Below, piece by piece: positions 1 through 12,152 of a stretch of 34,384 nucleotides of DNA (the first letter of the stretch is position 1; each line of letters starts with the position of its first letter). The notes beneath the pieces were generated by a model. The model saw only the letters and a program-made list of their open reading frames with translations, was not told the origin of the DNA and did not search any database. The DNA is taken from NCBI GenBank assembly GCA_032127155.1, contig JAQAZV010000260.1:1-34384 (forward strand). The letters run 5' to 3'. The position numbers and the translations under genes are program-made. This DNA is from Acidimicrobiia bacterium. GTDB taxonomy: Bacteria; Actinomycetota; Acidimicrobiia; Spongiisociales; UBA5794.

Positions 1-1082
1 CCGGGGAAGGCAGTCGACTCCTCCGCGTACATCTGGATGTCCGGGAACCGCCCATAGACGGCGGTATTGAGCTGCCTCAGGAACGAGATCGCCTCGAGGT
101 TCTCGCGACCACCGAACTCATTCGGTGTCCACTCCCCCTCCTTGCGCGAGTAGTCCCTATAGAGCATCGAGGCGACAGCATCGACGCGGATGCCATCGAC
201 GTGGAAGACATCCAGCCACATCGCCGCGCTCGAGAGCAGGAAGCTGCGGACCTCATGCCTGCCGTAGTTGAAGATCAGGCTGTCCCAATCGGGGTGGTAG
301 CCCTGCTGCGGATCGGCGTGTTCAAAGAGGTGCGTTCCATCGAACGCGGCGAGTCCATGGGCGTCCGAAGGAAAGTGTGACGGAACCCAATCGAGGATCA
401 CCCCGATGCCGGCCTGGTGGAGGTGGTCGACGAGGTACATCAGATCCTGCGGATCGCCGTATCTCGATGTCGGGGCAAAATATCCGGTCGTCTGATATCC
501 CCACGACCCATAGAACGGGTGTTCCGTGAGCGGCAGCAGTTCCACGTGGGTGAAACCGAGATCGGACACATAGTCAGCGAGCTGGTGGGCGAGGGCTCGA
601 TATCCGCCCGGTTCGTATCGCCATGAGCCGAGGTGGATCTCGTAGATCGAGATCGGAGCGTCGAGGGCGTTGCGTTCCCTGCGATACCCCATCCACTTCT
701 TGTCACCCCACGAGTACTCCCGATCCCAAACGATCGATCCGGTCCTGGGCGGTTCCTCTGCCATGGTTGCGAACGGATCCGCCTTGTCGAAGGGTTCGCC
801 TCCGTTGGCGCCACCTATCCGATACTTGTAGACCGCACCCTTGCCAACGCCGTCGATGGCACCATGCCACACACCGGAGGGATCCGGGTGGAGGTCGATG
901 CCATCCAACCAGTCCGTGAAGTCGCCGATGACCTGGACGCGGGTCGCCGACGGGGCCCACACACGGAAGATGGTCGATGCACCCTCGATGTGCGCTCCAA
1001 GTGAGTCATAGAGGGCAAGATGGGTCCCCTCGTTGAAGGACCACCGGTCATCATCGGGCATGGGTGCAGGTTGAGCGATCAC
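1..1082 (-). CDS. glgB: 1,4-alpha-glucan branching enzyme (GH13), partial, runs off the left edge
   Basis: Not in the ORF track because it has no stop in the window. Manual translation gives FNEGTH..LGAH, FRVWAP, KADPFA, IYEIHLGSW, EHPFYGSWGYQTTGYFAPTSRYG, DWVPSHF, DGIRVDAVASM and AEEST. GTG at 1082 lies 6 nt after TAAGTT. Short form without the long N-terminal extension. Confidence 0.96.
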   Translation of the reverse strand, partial: MIAQPAPMPDDDRWSFNEGTHLALYDSLGAHIEGASTIFRVWAPSATRVQVIGDFTDWLDGIDLHPDPSGVWHGAIDGVGKGAVYKYRIGGANGGEPFDKADPFATMAEEPPRTGSIVWDREYSWGDKKWMGYRRERNALDAPISIYEIHLGSWRYEPGGYRALAHQLADYVSDLGFTHVELLPLTEHPFYGSWGYQTTGYFAPTSRYGDPQDLMYLVDHLHQAGIGVILDWVPSHFPSDAHGLAAFDGTHLFEHADPQQGYHPDWDSLIFNYGRHEVRSFLLSSAAMWLDVFHVDGIRVDAVASMLYRDYSRKEGEWTPNEFGGRENLEAISFLRQLNTAVYGRFPDIQMYAEESTAFP

Positions 1083-1167
1083 CACCCCAACTTACCCTTC
1101 AGCCCAGCCCTCCGGAGCGCAGCGACCGAGCGATTCGTGTTGGTCGCTGATGTGCGAGGATGGGGTC

Positions 1168-2421
1168 ATGTATCGAGCAGGTGATGAATCCAAGGTCCTG
1201 TCCGTCGTCCTCGCTGGCGGAATGGGGAAGCGCCTCATGCCGCTGACCTCCGTGCGAGCGAAGCCTGCTGTCCCCCATGCCGGCCAGTATCGCCTGATCG
1301 ATTTCGCGCTCTCCAACCTCGTGAACGGCGGCTTTCGCAAGATCGTCGTCCTCACGCAGTACAAGAGCCACAGCCTCGATGTGCATGTGTCGCGCACCTG
1401 GCGCCTGTCCACGATCCTCGGCTCCTATGTGACCACCGTGCCAGCGCAGATGCGCCGCGGCCCCCAATGGTTTGCAGGGTCCGCCGACGCCATGTTCCAG
1501 AACCTGAACCTCATCGACGATGAGCGACCGAAGTACATGTTTGTCTTCGGGGCAGATCACATCTATCGGATGGACCCTGGCCAGATGCTCGAGCGGCATA
1601 TCGAAACCGGGGCAGGGGTCACCGTGGCAGGGATCAGAGTGCCAATCGAAGAGGCATCGCAGTTCGGTGTGATCGAACGCCAGCCGGGATCCTCGATGAT
1701 TTCGGCGTTCCTCGAGAAGCCGACGAATCCGGTAGGACTTGCCGATGCTCCCCACCAGGTGTTCGCGTCGATGGGCAACTACATCTTCACGACTGAAGTG
1801 CTGGTGGACATCCTCCATGCCGATGCTGCGTCGAGTAAGTCGAGCAGGGACATCGGTGGAGACATCATCCCTGCCCTCGTGGCGTCGGGCGAGGCCCATG
1901 TCTACGACTTCACGGAGAACGTCGTGCCGGGTGAGTCGCCGCGGGATCGCCACTACTGGCGGGATGTCGGAACGCTTGACAGCTACTACGACGCGAACAT
2001 GGACCTCGTCGACCCCCATCCGATCTTCAACCTGTACAACATGGAGTGGCCAGTCCACACGTCGACGTCCAGGACGCTGCCCCCTGCCAAGATCGTCGCA
2101 CACGGTGAGTTCGGTGCTGGGAGGGTGTCGAATTCGATGATCTCCCCCGGTGCCATCATCACCGGTGCCACCGTCGAGCACTCGGTGATCTCGCCGAACG
2201 TACGCATCGAACCGGGTGCGGTGGTCGAGAACTCCATCCTCTTCGAGGATGTCGTCATCGGTCCGGGGGCAGTCGTGAAGAACGCGATCGTCGACAAGAA
2301 CGTCCTGGTGCCGCGCAACCGTGAGATCGGGATCGATCACGACCGCGATGCCGAGGAATTCACCATCTCGAACGGCGGCGTGGTCGCCATCGGCAAGGGC
2401 CAGGAGATCAGCTACGGTTGA
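1168..2421 (+). CDS. glgC: Glucose-1-phosphate adenylyltransferase (ADP-glucose pyrophosphorylase)
   Basis: VLAGGMGKRLMPLT, RAKPAVP, GSADA, ADHIY, FLEKP, ASMGNYIF, YWRDVGT and C-terminal hexapeptide repeats. ATG 1168 preferred over 1150. Confidence 0.97.
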   Translation: MYRAGDESKVLSVVLAGGMGKRLMPLTSVRAKPAVPHAGQYRLIDFALSNLVNGGFRKIVVLTQYKSHSLDVHVSRTWRLSTILGSYVTTVPAQMRRGPQWFAGSADAMFQNLNLIDDERPKYMFVFGADHIYRMDPGQMLERHIETGAGVTVAGIRVPIEEASQFGVIERQPGSSMISAFLEKPTNPVGLADAPHQVFASMGNYIFTTEVLVDILHADAASSKSSRDIGGDIIPALVASGEAHVYDFTENVVPGESPRDRHYWRDVGTLDSYYDANMDLVDPHPIFNLYNMEWPVHTSTSRTLPPAKIVAHGEFGAGRVSNSMISPGAIITGATVEHSVISPNVRIEPGAVVENSILFEDVVIGPGAVVKNAIVDKNVLVPRNREIGIDHDRDAEEFTISNGGVVAIGKGQEISYG

Positions 2422-3798
2422 CGGGTCCTGAAGCGACGAGATCGTCGTAGAGGTCAAGGTGGCGCTGAGCCGGGTTCGCCCATGACCAGTCTGCCTCCAT
2501 GCCCCTGCGCTGGATTGCGGTCCGCCGTCGTGGCTGTTTCCATCCCCGAACCGCCCTGTGGAGGGCATCAACGACACCTGCCGTATCCGTCGAATGCGCA
2601 GCGAAGCCCGTGCCAACCTTCGATTCGTCCGCGTCGCTCACCGTGTCGACGAGTCCGCCAACCCTGGTGACGATCGGGATCGTTCCGTACGCCATCGCCT
2701 GCATCTGGGCAAGGCCGCACGGTTCGAAACGAGATGGCATCAACAACAGGTCAGCCCCGGCAAAGAGCCTGTGTGCCAAACCTGCGTCGAAGCCGTCGCG
2801 GAACCACACGGCATTCGGATCCTCTGCGGACAGGTACGAGGCCCAGTCCGCCATCCACTTCTCACCGGATCCGAGAAGCGCAAGCCTGAAGGGCACGCCA
2901 TGGGCGAATCTGACCGACTCCAGAGCAAGGTCGATGCCCTTCTGATCCACGAGCCGAGTCACCATGGCCACGATCGGGGTCCGTTCATCGTTCCAGCCGA
3001 GTTCTCGAATGAGCGCAGATCGGCACACCGACTTGCCAGAGAGGTCGTCCGCCGAATAGGTCGCTGCTATGGCCGAATCGCTGACAGGGGTCCAGACAGC
3101 GTTGTCGATACCGTTTCTGATCCCTACGAGACGGTCCCCGAGCGCCTCGAGCTGTACGTGGAGACCAGCACCGCCTTCTGGCGTTCGAATCTCATCGCCG
3201 TAGTGCGGGCTGACGGCAATGACCCGGTCCGCAAGCTGGATGGCACCGGCGAGTGGGTTGGTCCCTCCGTATGCCTCGAACAGGTCCGGCCTTCTCGTGA
3301 GCCGATCGAGCCAACCACCTGAAGTCCACCCCTGATGGCCAAGGGTGTGGATTGTCAGGACCGTGGGAACCTCACGCCTGAGAAGACCGAGGACCGGGCT
3401 CGTGTGCCAGTCGTTGCAATGAACGATGTCCGGACGCTGTTTGTCCGCAATGGCTGCAACCGCAGCGGAGAAGGCGAAGAAGCGATCCGCGTTGTCAGGC
3501 CAACCCGCTCCGTTGGCATCGACGTAGGGATTGGACCTTCGTATCCCGGGAACGTCGACGAGGGTGACGGTTCCGACCCCCGGAACCGTGCCCGACCGCG
3601 CAAACGCAGGACCTCCCCATGCAGGCACATCCAACGCCTCGATCGTTTCGTCTCCGAGGCTCGTCGACGCGTAGTCAGGAAGGACGACGGTCACGTCCAC
3701 GCCGTCGGCTCGCAGGGCACGGACGAGCCCGGCACCTGCCTCACCGAGGCCGCCGACCGTCACCAACGGAGCCAGCTCCGACGCCGCAAACAGGACCC

Positions 3799-3802
<4 letters not shown>
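2408..3802 (-). CDS. glgA: Glycogen synthase (GT5, ADP-glucose type)
   Basis: RVLFAASE, DNADRF, HCNDWHT, TIHT, GIRNGID, TRLVDQKG, MPSRFEPCGLAQMQAMAYGT and VGGLVDTV. GTG 3802 overlaps the glgX stop (GTGA). Confidence 0.93.
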
Positions 3803-5909
<2,107 letters not shown>

Positions 5910-5913
<4 letters not shown>

Positions 5914-7883
5914 GAGTCCCGACCCGGCCGGTACAGCCGCTCGTCGTACTCCGCAACCATCCGGGTGGCCGTCACGAACGGACCGAGTGTCTTCCAATTG
6001 TGCCTGACCTTGTCGGCCCACGCCGCCGACGGGCTCACCTCGCCCTGATAGAACAGCGGGATGATCTCGTCACGGAGAACCCGGTGGAGCGTCGCGGCCT
6101 CGTCGAGGTCACGAGCGTCCCGGTCCAGGTCTTCGGACGATTCGATCGCCCAGCCGTTCTCACCATCGAAGCACTCTGCCCACCATCCATCGAGCACGGA
6201 GAAGTTCAGGCCACCGTTGAGTGCCGACTTCTCACCTGACGTTCCACACGCCTCGTTCGGTCGGACGGGGTTGTTCAGCCACACATCGCAACCTGCATAC
6301 ATCCTCCGCGCGACGGCCATCTGGTAGTCGGGTATGAACACGAATCGACCCTGTGAGGCATCCGAATTCGCGAAGGACACGACACGATGGAGCACTTCCT
6401 TGCCGGGATCATCTGCGGGGTGTGCTTTTCCTGCAAAGACGAACTGGATGGGCCGTTCGGTGTCGGCGAGGAGATCGGCAACCGCCTCGGCGTCGCGCAA
6501 CAGGAGGTCGGCACGCTTGTAGGTGGCGAACCTTCGGGCGAACCCGATCGTCAGGACATCGTCCCTGAGAGCGTGGCGTGGACCGAATCGTTGATTCACC
6601 ATATCGATGAGGCGTCGTCTCCCCATGGTTCTCAGTTCGCGGAGGTGGTCATTGTCGAGCTGGTCGACAGCATTCCACCTCTCCGCAGGAGCCAGATTCC
6701 AATCAGGTCCCATGACGCGCTCGAACTCGGCTTGCAGGCCATTGGCAACCCACGTCTTGGCGTGGACACCGTTCGTCACCGAGGTGATCTCGTCGCCGCC
6801 CGGAACATCGGCAAACATCTCCCTGCTCACTGCACCGTGGAGGGCGGAGACACCGTTCGCTCTGCTCGAGACGTTGAGGCAGAACGCCGCCATGTTGAAC
6901 ACATCGTCCTCACCCGGCATGTGGGCAAGATTGAGGAGTTCATCGATTGAGACCCCATATCGCTCGGACCAAACACCGAGATAACGCTCCATGAGGTCGT
7001 GTGCGAACCGGTCGATACCCGCTGGCACGGGTGTATGGGTGGTGAAGACGATTCTCGGGCGAACCGCATCGAGGGCCTCACCGAGCGAGAGACCGCGGTC
7101 GACCTCTTCCCCGATGAGCTCGAGCGCCAGAAACCCTGCATGGCCCTCGTTGAGGTGGAACACCTGGGGGTCGTATCCGAGTTGTCGAAGTGCACGAACG
7201 CCACCAACCCCCATCAGGAGTTCCTGACGGATCCGGTGCTCACGGTCGCCGCTGTAGAGCCGATCCGAGACCTTCTTGCCGCGCTCGTCATTCAGCTCGA
7301 GGTCGGTGTCCAACAGATAGAGCTTGGTCCGGCCGATGTCTGCTCTCCACACCCTGGCCTTGACGATGCGATCGTCCATGGTGATGTCGACGATCACCGG
7401 CATCTGTTCGAGCCCGAGCGAAATGGGATCGACACGTTCGTAGTGCTCACGTTGGCGCTCACCGCTGATGGACTGGTGGAAGAACCCGTCGCGATAGAAC
7501 AGACCGACGGCAACGAGCGGCAGGCCGAGGTCGCTTGCTGCTTTGAGGTGGTCGCCAGCGAGTACACCGAGCCCGCCCGAATATTGGGGGAGCTTCTCGG
7601 AAACGCCGAACTCAGGTGAGAAGTACGCAATCTCGGCAGTCGGAGATCGGTCAGGGTCCTGGACCCGTTCCGCCGCCGCCGCAGCTTCTGCGATGAATTC
7701 TCTGTCGGCGAGGTATCCGTCGTAATCAGCGTCCGTGAAGGCGAGGACCCGCTGCTTCGGGTGGAGTCCCGCCGTCGCCCTTGGGAATTTGGCGAAGAGA
7801 GCCTGGGTGTGGCGATCCCATGTCCACGAGTAATTACTGGCAGCCCGCAACAGGGCAGCCTCGAGTTCGGAGCGCGTCATCAT
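5910..7883 (-). CDS. glgP: Alpha-glucan (glycogen/maltodextrin) phosphorylase, GT35
   Basis: YFSPEFG, YSGGLGVLAGDHLK, HLNEGH, FTTHTPVPAG, GFARRFATYKRA, AGKAHPAD and the PLP-site EACGTSGEK. ATG 7883 chosen. Confidence 0.95.
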
Positions 7884-7964
7884 TCCGGTCACAGTGAAAG
7901 TCCTTGGGGAGCGAAAGCGGTTCAAGTGTATCGGGTGCAGCGGCGCTGCCCACGTCTTGACCCG

Positions 7965-9860
7965 TCACGGGCGCAACGAGGCAAACTCCGACAGGAGGGA
8001 AACGAAGGCCGCATCGGTGTCCAGCTGATCCACCTTTCGCTCGTGGCGCAGCCTCCAGTTCGGTCGTTCCCAGTCCGTCCCAGGGATGTTCTGCCGTCGC
8101 TCCTCCATGAGGAGGTCGTCGAGGTTGATGAGGGCGACCGCAGCGTCCGTGCCCGACATCCAGGCCATCAGCGCATCACGCGTCTCGACGGGACCGTCGG
8201 TTCCCATCGTGTCCCGCAGCTGATCGATCGTCTCGGCCCTGATGCGCCGCTCCGCGGCGGATCGCTCCTCATCAAAGACACCGAGGTCCTCGAGATCGTC
8301 GATGTCCAATCCCTTCCACCATGCGGCGAAAGCAGGAGTGTCGTGGCTCGAAAGGGCGACGAGGTCGGTGGAGGCTGGTTTGGAGACACCGTCCATCGCC
8401 ATCGCCATCCCGAGCAGCTTGTGCTCCTTCAGGCCCTGACGGATCTCCGGTGGGACGGTCCCAAGATTCTCGCCAACGACACCCGCGCGTGCACGGATGG
8501 ATTCGATGCAGATGATGGCGAACATCTCATCCGTCGGCTGCATCACGTAGGCGCCCTGTGTTGCGCCACGTCCATGAGGAACCCACCACGTCCGATGAAT
8601 ACCCATGACATGGTCGATGCGGAGGAGTCCCGCGATCGACAACTGCTTGCGGATCGCCTTCCGGAAGTTGGCATGGCCCTCGGCCCTGGATTGGCGCGGG
8701 ATGGACGCAGGGAGTCCCCAGTCCTGCCCTCCCACGAACAGCGTGTCAGGAGGAGCGCCAAGGGACGCAGGGGCAAAGAGGTCAGGGTTGTCCCAGATGT
8801 CGAAACCATCGGGGTGGCATCCGATCGGCAAATCGACATAGAGATACTGCCCGCGCTCGGCAAGATCGCGTGACAGTTCGCGTAGCTGCGAGTCCATCAC
8901 CCACTGCACGGTCTCGTGATAGGAGACACGATCCGGCGATGGCGTCACGTCTGACCCCCATGCACGCCAGTTCCGACCGTTGATGTCGGCCATCGCACGG
9001 AAGGCGGCGTAGCGTCGCATCTCCGGTTCTCGAGCGAGGTAGTCGTCAACACGGGCCCGGAGTGCCGGGGTGACGTCGACATGGGCGGCGTATCGGGCAA
9101 GCTCCGCGCGAATGGAGGCACCGGCGAGGTCGTAGTCGACCCAATCGGGGTCCGATGCGGCAGTCACCGGCGCGGATGTCCAACCGGGAAGCGCCTCCAG
9201 ATCAGCGAAGACCTCGTTCCACGCCCTCCGGGATGCCGGGGCGTACGGCGAGGGTTGGTCATCGAAGGCAGCGAGCAGCGGCAGTGTCCCAACGACGGAC
9301 ACGCCGGCATGATCGCACAGGTCGGCGAGGACACGCAGGTCCCTGACCGTACCGATGCCACCATCGGTTCCCGATGTCCTCAGCGAATATGTGGGGCTGA
9401 TGAGACCCAGCGCCCCGGTGGGCGTCGGGTGCGCTGCCGTCGGCGCCGAGAGAATGTGGGACCCGGTGCGGCCGCCGTCGACCTCGAGCCGGTGATAGCC
9501 GATGGGGAGTTCGCCTTCGATCCGTATCGTCCCGTGATCGACCCTCGTTGGAAGGACCGTGCCATCCTCGAGCACGATCACTGCTGACGAGCACCCACCG
9601 CGAACGGGGACATCAGCAAGATTGCCGTCCCAAGCGACGAGGACAGGTTCAATTGCCGGAGCATCGGCAACGGAATCGTCGATCGCCTCTTCGACTTCGA
9701 AGGGAGACGTCAGCGAGCGCCCCGTCAGGGCCTCGAGGACCGCACGCAGGTCGTCCTGGGAAACGACCTGCGGTTGATTCCATGCATCCACCCACGCCGG
9801 TGCGACTCCGGCAACAGCGGCCAGGCGTTCGAGAGGATCTGAAGATCGCGCGTCGCTCAC
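7965..9860 (-). CDS. malQ: 4-alpha-glucanotransferase (amylomaltase, GH77)
   Basis: SPYAPASR, YVDLPIG, GAPPD..GQDWGLP, LRIDHVMG, GENLG, SSHDT and QNIPGT..PNWR. Start uncertain (GTG 9860 vs 9929). Confidence 0.94.
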   Translation of the reverse strand: MSDARSSDPLERLAAVAGVAPAWVDAWNQPQVVSQDDLRAVLEALTGRSLTSPFEVEEAIDDSVADAPAIEPVLVAWDGNLADVPVRGGCSSAVIVLEDGTVLPTRVDHGTIRIEGELPIGYHRLEVDGGRTGSHILSAPTAAHPTPTGALGLISPTYSLRTSGTDGGIGTVRDLRVLADLCDHAGVSVVGTLPLLAAFDDQPSPYAPASRRAWNEVFADLEALPGWTSAPVTAASDPDWVDYDLAGASIRAELARYAAHVDVTPALRARVDDYLAREPEMRRYAAFRAMADINGRNWRAWGSDVTPSPDRVSYHETVQWVMDSQLRELSRDLAERGQYLYVDLPIGCHPDGFDIWDNPDLFAPASLGAPPDTLFVGGQDWGLPASIPRQSRAEGHANFRKAIRKQLSIAGLLRIDHVMGIHRTWWVPHGRGATQGAYVMQPTDEMFAIICIESIRARAGVVGENLGTVPPEIRQGLKEHKLLGMAMAMDGVSKPASTDLVALSSHDTPAFAAWWKGLDIDDLEDLGVFDEERSAAERRIRAETIDQLRDTMGTDGPVETRDALMAWMSGTDAAVALINLDDLLMEERRQNIPGTDWERPNWRLRHERKVDQLDTDAAFVSLLSEFASLRP

Positions 9861-9958
9861 GGAACCGCCACGATGCACACCGGTGTCGTCTGCTCGTCGA
9901 TGGGACCTGGGCGCGGACGGAACCGACACGCCCCGTCAGGAGTCGTCAATCGTCTGCC

Positions 9959-11992
9959 TCACTGATAGTCGCCCGCGGCATCACCTGGCGTCGCGATGAT
10001 CGGGTCGGTTTTGGGGTCGCCTGGCTTCCGGTCACGCAGGTACTTCGGACCTCGGGTCTTGCGAGCACCGTCCGCATCCTTGGCGCTTTCTTCCTTCGCT
10101 GCCTTGATCCGCTCACCACGTTCGAGCTCCAGTTGCGTGAGCACCTCCCCCACCTTGCGCATCTGCTCATCTGACACCGGATCGAGGTGGTAGGCCGCAT
10201 GGACGAATTCAGCTGTGTCCCCGCGATAGTCGTGACCGAAGCTCTTGAACTCGCCCGGAACGACGCGCATGGCATTCATGGCATCGACGGCGACCTGGAC
10301 GAATGTGAGCAGGGGAACCCACTCCATGGTCTCAGGCACATTCCGCCCCCTCGGGAGCTTGGGGTCAAGCCACTCGGGATGCTTCACGGCCAGACGGAAC
10401 GAGATCTGCGCGATGGGATCATTGTCATGATCGAGGATCACGGCCCTGAGTCGATCTCGCTCTTCCTCGGTGAGCGCCGCCAGCTGCTCGTATCGATCGA
10501 AGGCCCTGACCGTCCCAGGAGGTACGAGATCGCTCCTGCCGTCGCGAAGGCCCCGCTTGGACCACGCGGCCAGGCCGGGAAGCCCGAACCACAGGGCGCG
10601 GTCGATGCCGTAGTGGTCGAAGCCTTCGATGCCTTTGTCCATGACAACGTCAGAGGACGACCACGCGCCCAGGCTCTCGCCGAAGACCAGAACGGTGGGT
10701 CGATCCTCGGGAGGGATCGCAGCGAGCCGCTGCTTGACGCCCCACAGGAGCAATCGGAACTGCTGGCGTCCCAGGGCCACCTTCTGGACTGCGAGGAAGC
10801 TCGGTGAGCGGCCGTACTGGATGCAGCACGTTGCAATGTCGCCTCGAGACAGGATCTCAGCCGACTCGATCATGGTCTGATCGACCCAGCCGGTCCCCGT
10901 CGGGGAGAACAGCAGGAGGTACTTGCGGTCGAAAGCGCCGAGCCGGTCCAGCTCATCGAGCGCCATCTCAGACCGACCCGTGGGATAGAGCGGTTCGCTG
11001 TTGTATCCGATGTAGGCACGGATCGGATGGGCGACAGCCTTCTCTCCGAGGGTGCTCTCGATGAGTTCAGGAGTCACCACATCCGTGACGAACCTGCGGC
11101 CCTGGAGACCGAGTTCCTCAAATGGAGAAATGCTGTTGGGACCGCCGGAAACGTATGGGCTGTCTGGGGGTGTGCTGTAGGCCGGTTCGATCTTCTCGTT
11201 CGCTTTCGCGATGTAGCCAACACCACCCGTATAGAGGGCGGCGAGGCCACCAGCCCATATCGCCGTATTTGCCAGACGACCTATGGCCTGACGTGCCGGA
11301 TCGTGCCCGAAGAAGTCGACCGATGCCCCCCTCGAGGCCATGAATCCCTGACCGACGAGTCGACCGAATCCTGCGACACCGAGACCGATCGCGACCGAGG
11401 TCGGGAGATTCGCGGGCTTGTCCTTATCAGACCACCGCTGGATGATCGATTGGCGCTTCTTGAGAAGGGTTCGCGAGTACACCATGGCACCAGCGAACGC
11501 TGTCAGGCCGACCACGGTCGGGCGTATCGGTCCAGAAGCAGGATACTTCCGGCCGACCTCGAGACCGGTCTCGTGCACCATACCTCCGATGGCCCCTGCC
11601 ATCGTCAGCCTGCCAACCGTTCGAATGGACGCAACGGATGTCGGCTCGTCGACTTGATGGGGAATCTTGGTGAGGCCGAAACCGATACCGGTCGCTATCG
11701 CCCTCGCACCGAGCCGTGCAATGAACGGAGAACTCTCGGGAACCTGGCGCCGAATCGCAGCGTCGAGACCCTTCCCAACCACCTCCGCTGCAAGAACGGC
11801 CGCACCGCCCGCAACCCCTTGATGCAGCGAGGCTCGCGGCATGAGCGAAGGACCGAAGGCATCGAACAGCGCCATCGTCTTGAGCGGGGACGAGGGATCG
11901 CCGGTGATCGGATTGAATCGAGCGCCGAGGGCCACCAATGCGCCACCGGCACCTGTCTTCAGCTTGCCCCGTAGACCCATGTCGTCCTCCAT
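9959..11992 (-). CDS. Membrane-associated alpha/beta hydrolase (Abhydrolase_9 / COG4425-like)
   Basis: LGLQGRRFV, PIRAYIG, PTGTGWVD, the nucleophile elbow FGESLG, DPI and GHDY, after hydrophobic N-terminal segments. GGAGG RBS before ATG 11992. Confidence 0.85.
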   Translation of the reverse strand: MEDDMGLRGKLKTGAGGALVALGARFNPITGDPSSPLKTMALFDAFGPSLMPRASLHQGVAGGAAVLAAEVVGKGLDAAIRRQVPESSPFIARLGARAIATGIGFGLTKIPHQVDEPTSVASIRTVGRLTMAGAIGGMVHETGLEVGRKYPASGPIRPTVVGLTAFAGAMVYSRTLLKKRQSIIQRWSDKDKPANLPTSVAIGLGVAGFGRLVGQGFMASRGASVDFFGHDPARQAIGRLANTAIWAGGLAALYTGGVGYIAKANEKIEPAYSTPPDSPYVSGGPNSISPFEELGLQGRRFVTDVVTPELIESTLGEKAVAHPIRAYIGYNSEPLYPTGRSEMALDELDRLGAFDRKYLLLFSPTGTGWVDQTMIESAEILSRGDIATCCIQYGRSPSFLAVQKVALGRQQFRLLLWGVKQRLAAIPPEDRPTVLVFGESLGAWSSSDVVMDKGIEGFDHYGIDRALWFGLPGLAAWSKRGLRDGRSDLVPPGTVRAFDRYEQLAALTEEERDRLRAVILDHDNDPIAQISFRLAVKHPEWLDPKLPRGRNVPETMEWVPLLTFVQVAVDAMNAMRVVPGEFKSFGHDYRGDTAEFVHAAYHLDPVSDEQMRKVGEVLTQLELERGERIKAAKEESAKDADGARKTRGPKYLRDRKPGDPKTDPIIATPGDAAGDYQ

Positions 11993-12152
11993 TGTGTCCT
12001 CCAATGGTAGACGACGCTGTACCGGTCGATCGTCGGGCGCCCGAGGATGTCCAACCGCGCTCCGGCATCGGTCCACACGGCCAAACGCCCCACAGAGGGG
12101 CAACCGGTAGACTCACACGGCGCCGCCCGGCGCACGAGCCAGGAGGGGCCTC

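Noticed and set aside
1099-2616. 505-aa minus-strand ORF
   Set aside because: Antisense shadow of glgC. Stop-poor reverse frames are expected at this GC content, and it has no family motifs.
5914-6021. N-terminal extensions given by the ORF track for glgX, glgA (3803-3844), SLC12 (24967-25233) and the GT-C enzyme (32541-32978)
   Set aside because: They overlap neighbouring real genes. Downstream starts with 4-nt coupling or a clear RBS fit better, although the SLC12 start remains approximate.
7761-8873. 370-aa plus-strand ORF, and the similar ORF at 11027-11974
   Set aside because: Antisense shadows of malQ and the Abhydrolase_9 gene, with R/H/D-rich shadow composition.
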